Positions 12,714-23,800 of a stretch of DNA of 64,000 nucleotides are shown here, piece by piece (the first letter of the stretch is position 1; each line of letters begins with the position of its first letter). The stretch covers positions 1,986,001 to 2,050,000 of the forward strand of contig CM075998.1 in NCBI GenBank assembly GCA_038087875.1. Direction: 5' to 3'. The notes below the pieces were generated by a model, which worked only from the letters and a program-made list of their open reading frames with translations, made no database searches and had not been told where the DNA came from. The DNA comes from Malacoraja senta. Taxonomy: Eukaryota. The position numbers and the translations under genes are program-made.

Positions 12714-15700
12714 GAACCACTTCAGTGCTCATGGAGTCTTAGGGGTTATGAACAAGGTTTAAATCCATGTTCACTAAAAATTTGCAAATATCTCATGTTG
12801 CTAATAACAATAGATATCAGTGTTCTGTTTCAGGATTTTCCACCACCATATGACACGCATGTCAAAACTCTTTCTATCCAACTCTTAATAAGGCAATAAA
12901 ATTCTAACATGTCAAATCAGCAATGCAAGGAATGGATGAGATTACTAAGGTTTAGGGTTGAATATAGGTCATAGCTCAGACATCCTGAACTTCATTAGTC
13001 TTTCTACAGGCTAATAAAGCATCCATCCCTGAAGCACTAGCGTGTACAATACCTTTATCTAAACTTCTTCCCTCCAGAAGACAACTAGTCTGACTAGCAG
13101 AGGAAGAATTACTCATTATCCGTGGCAGCCCGATACACTTGAATCACAGTTGGAAGCTTTCTCTGTGTCTCATTGACCAAGAGATTATGGATCTGCAAAA
13201 TAAAATTCAAAAACAGAACTTAAAAATCAGTGATTCCGTTAAGTTCACATTCCCTTACTTTCTCTTCCATGTGGAGACTCGTCAAACTCCACTCCTTGTC
13301 CTGGACATGGTTTTTAAACAGAATCATAAAATGGTAACAGCACAGAAGGAGGCCATTTGGCAGATCAGGTCTATGCAGGGTCGTGTGCAATAATCCAGCC
13401 AGTCCCACTCCCCTACTTTCTCCCCAGAGCCCTGCAAACATTTTCCTGCCAGGTATATGTTGTTTCCTTATGAACATTATGGTTGAACGCACCTCCATTA
13501 CACTCCTCCAACCCCTGGCAGGGCATTCCTGTTTCACGATTGCTTCGCAATTCAGGTTTTGCTCAATTCACTTCAGGTACTTCTGAGACGTACAGGTTTG
13601 TAGGTTAATTGGCTTGGTGTACATGTAAAAATTATCCCTCGTGTGTGTAGGGTAGTGTTAATGTGCTGGGATCGCTGGTCGATGCTGACTCGGTGGGTGG
13701 AGGGCCTGTGTCCACGTTGTATCTCCAAACTAAACTTCTGTCAATAATTCTTATTGCTCTGCTCTCCGATTGTTGTTCCTTTGACCAATGGGAACAAACT
13801 CTCTCTATTTACAGTAAATAGTTTAAAACTGCTTCATCAAATCCCCTCTCAATGTTCCACTGAGAACACCCCCAGCTTCTGTAGTAACCAAACTACGCTC
13901 AATTATATAGGCTTTGCTGAGGAACAGTTAGGCTGTGCCACATGCTAGACATCACCTTGCATCCCCCAGTCAGTTCTTTTGCACCTTTTCAATCCACTAC
14001 AGGCTATTAAATCCATTAATTACACTTTGGTAAAAAATAGTTTGCACAACTGAAGTCTTAACCTCAATTTAAACACACATTTATTTACTTGTCAACCCCA
14101 TCTCACCAGATTCATAGTCGATAAGTGGCCCCCGAAGAGAAACTGTACATCTTCTCTCTCCCGAATCACTTGCTGATTCACTAGTAGCGTATTATTACAG
14201 AAAATTTGCTCACGTTGTTTAACATAATTGTTCTTTCAGAAACAGAAAGGCTTTACCTTTTGAAGACAAGAAAATTCAGGGGAGGTCTTTTTGCTTTTTG
14301 TTTTTCTTGGCTTGGCAGCTAGTTACTTGTTCTCCAATCTGCTCATTGTTCCCACACATATGCCAATAGCCAAGTTTGATGCAAACATAGAACAAAGGGA
14401 ATAGTTCATATGAGCAAAAATACTGGCACATGCTTATTAATTTTGCAACCAGATCTTTCATCCACTGTAATTTTGTGAAAAGGCAAATTTGATTACAACA
14501 CTAGATATCCACGTTAAACAAAAATTAAAATCCACATCTTGGGTGTTATTTTATCAGAATTATTTTTTTCGGGTAAGCATTTGCTTAGATGCAATGCTTC
14601 AACTGATGCTTGAATGTCCTGTGAAACCTTGTGCAAGGAGAATGAGACACTCATTTGCAATTTCTGCAATAGTGCCGGTTATCAAACTATGGAAAAAATC
14701 GTTTTAAAATGCAGCAAAGCTATTCTGCTGCAAGACAAATAAGTTACACTGCCTTTCATACTCATCAAAACAAACCTCCATCCTGCCCACTCACCTGTAA
14801 TCACCCCAACTCTGCCCAGTATCCACCAAAATGTGGTGTGATATAGATTCCTGGCCACCTGCATTGACCAACAAGGTGGAACGGTGATAGGTTCAAAGGC
14901 CACTCCTGAACATCAGCATCTTGACCAAAATATGTGGCTTCAGTTTACTCAATGCTTAGCTCGAAGAAATTGCAGTTCATTCAAGTTTAAGAGGCAGCCC
15001 AACAAACCAGAGTTCGCGGTAGTCAAGAGGGATGATGAAGAGATACACATGATCATTATACATGCAAAACCAGTTATGGAAGAAAAGGTCAAGAATAATC
15101 CTTAGGCTGGAAGAGAAGCTATTGCACCGGACGTTTGGGGCCTGATAAGATACGAGTGAGCAAACCCAAGCAAGGGCAGTTAGTGAGCTGTTGAAGAGCA
15201 TATGTGTTGGATAAAGAATGGTTTGTTGACTGTCTCAAAAGCTCCCGAAGACAAAATATCATGTCCTGCAATGGTTACAGAGAAATTCTGGTAACTTTGA
15301 TCAACGCAATTTGAGTGACGTGGAACATGCAGAAACCCTATTAGAAACAAACTGGTCTGTTAAAGTAAGATCTTGATTTAATGCAGCATCATTAAAACTT
15401 CAGCTCCCAGGAAAACAGCAGAGTTGGAGAACATAATCGCAGATTGTTTGACAAACATTGAGAATACATGTTGCATGTAGCAGTGCATTTCCATGGACAT
15501 GGGAAGCCCAGTGAATTATGTGGCATGGCCTTGTTATTTAGAAGAAAGTGCCATCGACATGAGCTAACAGCCAATCTTACTGAAAAATTCTTTCAGATGG
15601 CAAAGCGGAAAACAATCAGCATCATTTTTAAACTTGTTAAAAAGTTGCACTCACTAAATTGACACCAGAGTCCAGAAACAGGCACTCTATGCTGAGGTCA

Positions 15701-16175
15701 GTTAGGAAGACTTCTAAGTGGAGAGAGGAAAAGGTTCAAGCCTCCTTGAAAAAGTATATAACATCCCCATCGACTCTCAGGAATCCCAACCCCAGAACCA
15801 CTCAAATGTGGAGGACCACATAGCATAGTTTGGAGAACTGAATCCACAGATTGGGATCACATGGAAGCACTGAAAACTCAGTGGGAGGCACACAATACCT
15901 AATTCCAATCTACTTTGTTGCAGCCTTTGCACTTTTTATCTGCACTCTGTGGTGTATGACTTGCCTGAACAACCTACATTAATATTGTCATCTGTAACAA
16001 GAATAGTTTTTCATTGTATCTCTGTACACTTGATAATTATACACCAACCACCCCATTAGGCACCCTCTGCCCACAGATGGGCCGAATGGCATAATTCTGC
16101 TCCTATCACATATGAAGAACACGGGTGGAAGGAAGGCATCCTGAATCCCGAGGGCTGCATGAGAGGCAGTAAACA

Positions 16176-16375
16176 NNNNNNNNNNNNNNNNNNNNNNNNN
16201 NNNNNNNNNNNNNNNNNNNNNNNNNNNNNNNNNNNNNNNNNNNNNNNNNNNNNNNNNNNNNNNNNNNNNNNNNNNNNNNNNNNNNNNNNNNNNNNNNNNN
16301 NNNNNNNNNNNNNNNNNNNNNNNNNNNNNNNNNNNNNNNNNNNNNNNNNNNNNNNNNNNNNNNNNNNNNNNNNNN
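16176..16375. other. Assembly gap (200 N)
   Basis: Run of n characters. Confidence 1.
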
Positions 16376-16539
16376 AAACAATATCTAAGCTGTCAATTGA
16401 ACTGTTTATCCTCAAGTCTGTTGGACACATTCTTAATATTTCAAGATAACTAAAAGTACAGCTTGACTATCCCTGCAGAATCCTTGCTGGCTTCCTTTGT
16501 CCTTCTCTTTGTAAATTTGAGGTGATCTAATACTCTACT

Positions 16540-17140
16540 GCCCAACTCCGAACTCGCACCAATCACCCACGCTCCTGTGCTGATGACGTGCCCTGTATCT
16601 CACCCACATTTTCAAATCCCTCCATCATCCCTTTCCTCCTTATCCCTATAATCTCATTAAGACCGACAACCCTAAACAATATCTGTAAACCTCTACAGAT
16701 GCAGATGCTGGTTTACACCGATGATGGACACAAAATGCTGGAGTAACTCAGCGGGACAGGCAGTATCTCTGGAGAGAAGGAATGGGTGATGTTTCAGGTC
16801 GACACCCTAGTCTGAAGATGGGTCTCGACCCAAAATGTCACCCATTTCTTCTCTCCAGAAACGCTGCCTGTTCCACTTGAGTTACTCCAGCATCTATCTG
16901 TAAACCTCTAATTCAGGCCTCCTGATTATTCCCGATTTCCTTTACTCCCTATTGATGAATTCAACTTAGGATGCCAGACTCCTAGGCTCTGGAAATTCCT
17001 CAACATTTCTGCCTCTCTTTCCCTCCTTTAAAAAAAAATTTTTCACCTGCTCAATGCTGTCATTTTTTTCTTTGAAATTGCTCCTGTGAAGTGCCTTGGG
17101 GTATTTTGCCACCTTTAAAGGTGCCTTAGAAATGAAAGAA
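16540..17140 (+). mobile_element. Degenerate L2-like LINE 3' end with a Penelope foldback insert
   Basis: Tail ctcctgtgaagtgccttggg..taaaggtgc; a homolog lies at ~29400-29850. Confidence 0.55.
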
Positions 17141-17389
17141 AGAAAGTCCTAGTGTGTACGAAGGAACTGCAGATGCTGGTTTACACCGAAGATAGACATA
17201 AAATGCTGGAGTAACTCAGCGAGACAGGCAGTATCTCCGGAGAGAAGGAATGGGTGACGTTTCGGTACGAGACCCTTCTTCAGACTGAAACGTCACCCAT
17301 TCTTTCTCTCCAGAGATCCTGCTGAGTTGCTCCAGCATTTTGTATCAGTCTTCGGAGAAAAGTCCTATTTTAGTTCTGAATAAAACATC

Positions 17390-17975
17390 TTTGCAAAACA
17401 CTTTACCTCCCCCCTGGACTCCATCCAAGGACCCAAGCAGTCTTTCCAGGTGAGGCAGAGGTTCACCTGCACCTCCTCCAACCTCATCTATTGCATCCGC
17501 TGCTCTAGGTGTCAGCTGCTCTACATCGGTGAGACTAAGCGTAGGCTTGGCGATCGCTTCACCCAACACCTCCGCGCAGTCCGCATTAACCAACCTGATC
17601 TCCCGGTGGCTCAGCACTTCAACTCCCCATTCTGAATCCGACCTTTCTGTCCTGAGCCTCCTCCATGGCCAGAGTGAGTCCCACCGCAAATTGGAGGCGC
17701 AGCACCTCATATTTCGCTTGGGTAGTTTACACCCAGGCGGTATGAACATTGACTTCTCCAATTTCAGGTAGTCGTTGCTTTCTCCTCCCCCTCCCTTTCC
17801 CAGCTCTCCCACAGCCCACTGTCTCCGCCTCTTCCTTTCTTCATTCCCCTCCCCCCCCCCACCCCACATCAGTCTGAAAAAGGGTCTCGACCCAAAACGT
17901 CACCTATTCCTTCGCTCCATAGATGCTGCCTCACCCGCTGAGTTTCTCCAGCACTTCTGTCTACCTTTGCAAAAG
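17390..17975 (+). mobile_element. Penelope-like retroelement 3' fragment: GIY-YIG endonuclease plus pseudo-LTR (pLTR)
   Basis: [35 protein letters not shown]...VAQHFN, followed by a pLTR with a degenerate hammerhead at 17871-17903. Confidence 0.88.
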
Positions 17976-18576
17976 AAATGTCTTTTTTTTAAATAAAGAA
18001 CTGAAAAATGATAATGAATTCTCCTTTTTGCTCTCTTATCTGTTTAAAAAAAAACGTTACTTCCTCATATACCATTCCCAATGGGTCTCAACCCGAAACG
18101 TTACCTATTCCTTTTTTGCAGAGATGCTGTCTGACCCGCAGACTTACTCCGATTTTTTGTGTCTATCCCCGGAAATAATTCACAGGACAGCCTGCATTTG
18201 TTTGTCTTTGTTTTGACCACCAAGAGGTTCGTAAAGTTTCCCAGTGAAAAAGCAATGGGCCTCCATTTGGAGACACGAGGAACTGCAGGATTTATGAAGG
18301 GAAAATCATGTGTGAAAATCATCTGTTGGAATTCTTTGAGCAAAGTAGTCTGAAATCTTGATCAAAACACAAAACGCTGGAGGAACTCAACCGGGTCAGG
18401 CAGCATCTGTGGAGGGAATGGACAGACGACATGTCGGGTTGGGAGCCTTTTTCAGACTGATGGAGTTGGGGGGCGAAAGTTGGAAAAGAGAGATGGGGCC
18501 GGGTCTGAAGAAGGGTCTCGACCTGAAACGTTACCTATTCCTTCCCTCCAGAGATGCTGCCTGTCCCGCTGAATTA

Positions 18577-18739
18577 AGGGCCTGTCCCACTTGGGCGTCA
18601 TTTGCGCGTCACGCAGATGGCGCGCGAAGATTTTGTACATCCCAAAATCTTGGGGCGCCGCGCGCGACCGCGTGCATCGTGACGCATAAATGATGTCGCG
18701 TAAATGGCGCGCAAATGACGCCCAAGTGGGACAGGCCCT
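18577..18739. mobile_element. PIF/Harbinger-like MITE 1
   Basis: Terminal inverted repeat (TIR) agggcctgtcccacttgggcgtcatttgcgcg; TSD TTA/TTA. Confidence 0.85.
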
Positions 18740-20124
18740 TTACTCCAACTTTTTGTGTCTGTCTTCTGGGGCCAGGACAGTCTGCCAAGTGATAGGTGGA
18801 TACAGGTGAGGGAGGGTTAGATAGGCATTAATAAGGTATCTTTTTAAACGCAGAACAGAAACTTGAGGGTAGACAAAAATGCTGGAGAAACGCTGAAGAA
18901 GGGTCTCGACCCGAATCGTCACCTAAGCCTTCGCTCCATAGATGCTGCCTCACCCGCTGAGTTTCTCCAGCATTTTTGTCTACCTTCGATTTTTCCAGCA
19001 TCTGTAGTTCCTTCTCAAACAGAAACCTGAGAATCACTTTTCCATTTTGGGTTGATGTGCCTTGAAGGATCTTATTTTTGCAACTGAAGATTCATTTCTT
19101 TAATCGCTATCCATTGCCTGTCCACTGCCACACATTTCTAATGTATTTTCTCAGTCGACCACAGTCAACGTAACTCTCTTCTCATACCTTCATAGCTTCC
19201 ATTCTTTAAATTTAAGACCCCCAGTTTTACGTCGAACTAAAAGAAAAGACAAAGTGCTGAAGTAACTTTGCGGGTCAGGCAGCATCCCTGGAGAACATGG
19301 ATAGTTGACATTTTGGGTCGGGACCCATTTTCACATGACTCGCAAATAGACACTCTGTTTCTTCACGGTAACTTGAACATGTAAGTAGATATCCCATCTC
19401 AAACATAGCCCATCTGTCGATACTAGAACGTTTTCTCAGTCTAGATTTTTTTAATGCTTGAGGAGGTGTTTGAATTCACAGCCTTCTGAATCGGAGTTGG
19501 GAATGCTACCGAGAAAGACAAATGGACATTTATTTTGCCAAATATCCTGAGCTTGCTCATGCTTATTGTGCACCAGAATATTATTATATTTCTGAAAATA
19601 TTGTTGCACAATAGAATAGAATTCTTGCGGCAGTGAGAGAATCTGCTGCCTCTTAGTTGCCTTTGCAATGATCCATAATTCTTGGCAGCCATGATGAGGA
19701 ACCAAATGGAGTTCAATCAGTCGTGTTTACTCGCTGATAATGTCTGGATAGTCATACAATGTTTGATGAAGTTAGAAGTTGCAAAATTACAGCAAGGAGA
19801 AGACAGGTGATTGTTTTGACTGACTGGTTTTCCTTATTGCAATGGAAAAAATATGTGCAGCACCAGTAGCAAAACAATTAGTTGATAATGTTAGAGCTCT
19901 CTCTGGGAAGGTAGCCGCACAAGACATTATTTGATGTAACAGAAACACTCTGAACCCTTTCTTACCATTTAATAGTGTATGTCCTTTTGCCTTGGAGAAT
20001 GAATACACGTCTAAAGCAAAATAAAGGTATTCAAACGATATAAAGAGGTACTGGAAAAATAATTCCAATGTTGATAACATTTGTGTCAATTTTGCTGATT
20101 GATTTGTGTCATTATTTGCTCAAA

Positions 20125-20340
20125 GGCCTTTTGTGACCTCAAAATATCCGAAAGGACGTTACTTTTGAAGTGTAGACACTGTTGTAACATAGCAAATCGG
20201 ACAGCTAATTTGCGCAGAGCAAGCACCCAGAGCAACAACGTGAAAATTATGAAGTGACGTGAAATAAGTGATAAATTTTGGCCGAAATCGCAGAAGCAAC
20301 ATCCCTACTCTTCTTCAAAATAGCGCCGCGGAAACCTCCA
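20125..20340 (-). mobile_element. Ancient DeuSINE-like element
   Basis: Reverse complement resembles the Deu domain (tgcgcaaattagctg...ttacaacagtgtctacacttcaaaagta). Related pieces at 41855-42040 (-) and 44690-44795 (+). Confidence 0.65.
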
Positions 20341-20503
20341 AACGCAATGCAAGCTTCCAATAAAGCAGCGCTGGAGGGCCAACATAACTGTTGCATGGTT
20401 CGTATTCTGACTGAGGCAAGAGTATTGTCCATTCAGCCGCAAGTGACACTCGCAAGATTAGGCAAGAGGAGGCAATGTGAAAGTCGCAAGTAGCCGTGGC
20501 AGC

Positions 20504-20621
20504 TTTATTTTATTTTATTGTCACGGTGTTTATATCTTTTTCTCTCATGCATGGAAAGAAAAACCCACAGGTGGAATGATGCTTGGATTACATTTTATTG
20601 GTTACATGTGTGGGCTTTATT
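20504..20621 (-). terminator. PMEL polyadenylation signal cluster
   Basis: AATAAA on the - strand at 20616-20621, at 20594-20599, and three overlapping copies at 20504-20519, all just 3' of the stop codon. Confidence 0.6.
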
Positions 20622-20638
20622 AACCCGTGTGCATTGTC

Positions 20639-20801
20639 TTAGACGACACACCTGTGCAGCAGAGGGCTGTTCTCACCCACTCCACTCCGTTGTCGGCTGA
20701 ACATATTTCTCAGGAAAATGTTCACCATAGCTCTGTCTGGAATCAACTCGGAATTGACCCTGGAGCGATTCTGGTGCAGCGGAGCATATTCCTTGTACTT
20801 C
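20639..20801 (-). CDS. PMEL: PMEL exon 12, cytoplasmic tail (KYKEYAPL...[12 protein letters not shown])
   Basis: aacag acceptor, ENSPLL dileucine sorting signal, TAA stop. Confidence 0.94.
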
Positions 20802-23800
20802 CTGTTAAATGGGAGACAATTCAGTGAAGAGGATTTAAAATAGAAAGCGCCCTCATCCAGCAACAGCGCAGGAGCAGAATAATCCGAACAGCCACTGGAT
20901 GCAAACGCTATCCCATCCACAATTAAAAGGGGGGTACAGTTGCCAAATAATGATGAAGAATGTTTAACAAGTTTTCCGGGGTGGGAGATTGCAACCTTCA
21001 CGTGGTCCGCCCTGTTTCGACAAATGCAATCAACCCGGCATGCACAATCAAATAAGATCAAATAGAACAAGTTGTCCTACAACCTTAGGCTGTGCATGCC
21101 ATACACAAGAAGAAGAACAAGTTTTCCAAAATGATTTAGCGAAATGATAAATAAGAGATGATTTTCCGAAATGATAAATAAGTATTTACACAATAAGCTG
21201 TGTAAATTGCTGGAGTAACTCAGCGAGTCAGACAGCATTTCTGGAGAAAAGGAACAGGTGACATTTCGGGTCGAATCCTCTTTTCTGACTGCTCCAGTCT
21301 GAAGAAGGGTCTCGACCCGAAATGCCACCTGTTCCTTTTCTCCAGAGATGCTGCCTGACCCGCCAGGTTACTCCGGCTTTTTTGTGTGTATCTTCTGGAC
21401 AATCTCTTGCTCCCTCGTCTTTAATCTGCATCAGAGCTTTCAGGTGGTTCTGCTTCAGGGTTCGGATGTCAGTCGGAAAAGCCAAATGCCCAATTATCCC
21501 TGAAGCAGCATGTGAACACTCACCTGTAGATAATGGCTACAACTCCAATGATGCTAACACTGAGCAACATCCCAACCAGTACTAGTACCTCAGTGGTATT
21601 TGTCGTCCCACCTGCAGCTGAGAAAAGAGTTGTGTTAGTCACTCAAAATCACAGCAATTCACTTAATTTACTTGCAGAATATTGACGGCAATCTCTGAGC
21701 AAAAATCAGAGTAGTAAATGTGTTGAAACAATCTAACATTGCATGCAGCGAGACACAAAAAAAGCTGGCGTAACTCAGCAGGACAGGCAGCATCTCTGGA
21801 GAGAAGGAATGGGTGATGTTTCGGGTCTTCAGATTTCAACATTGTATGCAGTTCTGGCCACCACACAAATGGAAGGATGTAAGAGCGATGGAGAGGCTGC
21901 AGAGGAGATTCACCAGGATGTTGTCTGGGATGGCGTGCTTCAGTTATGAGGAGAGACTGGAGAGACTAGGCTGTTTGCCCTGGAGAAAAGGAGGTTAAGA
22001 AGGGATATCATTGCGGTCTAAAAATTATATCGATAGGGTAGACTGCAGGAAACTTTCCACAATATCAGGAGTTAATAAAACAAGAGGATATGGACACTCG
22101 GGTCGAGGGTCTGAAGAAGGGTCACGACCTGAAACATCACCCATTCCTTCCATCCAGAGATGCTGCTGGTCCCGCTGAGTTACTCGGCATTTTGTGTCTA
22201 TCTTCAGTGTAAACCAGCATCTGCAGCTCCATCATACACAAGAGGATACAGATTTAAGGTAAGGGGTAAGAGATTTAGAGTGGATCTGAGGAGGACGTTT
22301 TTACACCCAGAGAGTGGTGAGCTCTTGGAATGCACTGGCTGAGAGACTGGTTGAAACAAAGTCACTGACAACATTTAAGATGTGTCTTGATTTGCAGTAT
22401 TCTGTGCAGTTCTGGTCGCCCCATTACAAGAAGGCTGTGGAGATTTGGAAAGGGTGCAGAGGAGGTGTACCAGAATGATGTCTGCATTGGGCGGTGTTAG
22501 CTGCAGGAAGAGGTTGGATTGTTTTGTCTGGAACACCGCCGTTTGCAGGGGGACCTGATAGAAGTATGTAAAGTTATGAGAGATATTGACAGGTTAGACA
22601 GTCAGAACCTTTTTCCCAGGATGGAAACATCAAATACTAGAGGGCAGAGCATGAAGGTGAGATGAGCAAAGCTTAAAGACGATGTGCGGGGCAAGTTTTT
22701 TTACACAAGTGTTGCTGAGCCCCTGGAATGTGCTGCCCGGGCTGGTGGCGGAGGTAGATACGATCGTGGTGTTTAAGAGACTTATGGAAAGGGACATGGA
22801 CATGCAAGGAATGGTGGGATATTGATTCTGTGTAGGCAGGTAAGAGTTGGACTTGGCATCATTTTAGACACAGACATTGTGGACCGAAGGGTCTGTTCTT
22901 GTGCTGTACTGTTCTAGAGCACTTGGTCTTGAGTGTGTCTGGAGCTTCACTGATAAACTAATAATGAGATTAAGAAATATTAATAGTAATACTCCACCAA
23001 GTTCTTATTCAGCTATTTTTGCCATTCGTCACTGGAACAAGTAAAGATACTCTCTTGACAATATTGTTTAAGAAGAAACTGCAGATGCTGGAAAATCGAA
23101 GGGAGACAAAAATGCTGGAGGAACTCAGCGGGTGAGGCAGCATCTATGGAGCGAAGGAAATAGGCAACGTTTCGGGTCTCCGAAACGTTGCCTATTTCCG
23201 TCGCTCCATAGATGCTGCCTCACCCGCTGAGTTTCTCCATCATTTTTGTCTACCCTCTTGACTGTATTAGTTCCATTCGCTGTGGAATGACAGCACAAAC
23301 CAAGAGTGCCGTTATATTCACTCATTTTGTTTGGACAGACTTACTTGGGTTCACATTAACATGGGCGCTGGCAACAGCCAAGCTGACTGCATTGGTCATA
23401 GAAACGTTCACACAATACGTTCCGGAGGAGTTGAAGAACTGGCGAAGGATAAGCTGGCATTCATCAGCAGGCACCACTTCACTGCAGTCAGTTTGCTGAG
23501 GGTTTATACAGTCTGCATCCAAGACGACAGTACAAATCTCACTTGGAAAGCTGAAAAATAAATTAAAATACTTAAACTTGCACCTCTCCATTGTGCAACA
23601 GTTCTTTCATCATAATACAGTGGAAGAGCCTGGACAGTTTTTAAGGCATCTGTTCATAAGTGATAGGAGCAGAATTAGGCCATTCGGCCCATCAAGTTTT
23701 CTCCGCCATTCAATCATGGCTGATCTATCTCTCCCTCCTAACCCCGGACACCCGTACTAATCAAGAATCTATCTCTGCCTATAAAATATCCATTGACTTG

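Noticed and set aside
16056..16449. ORFs spanning the N run
   Set aside because: Artefacts of the assembly gap.
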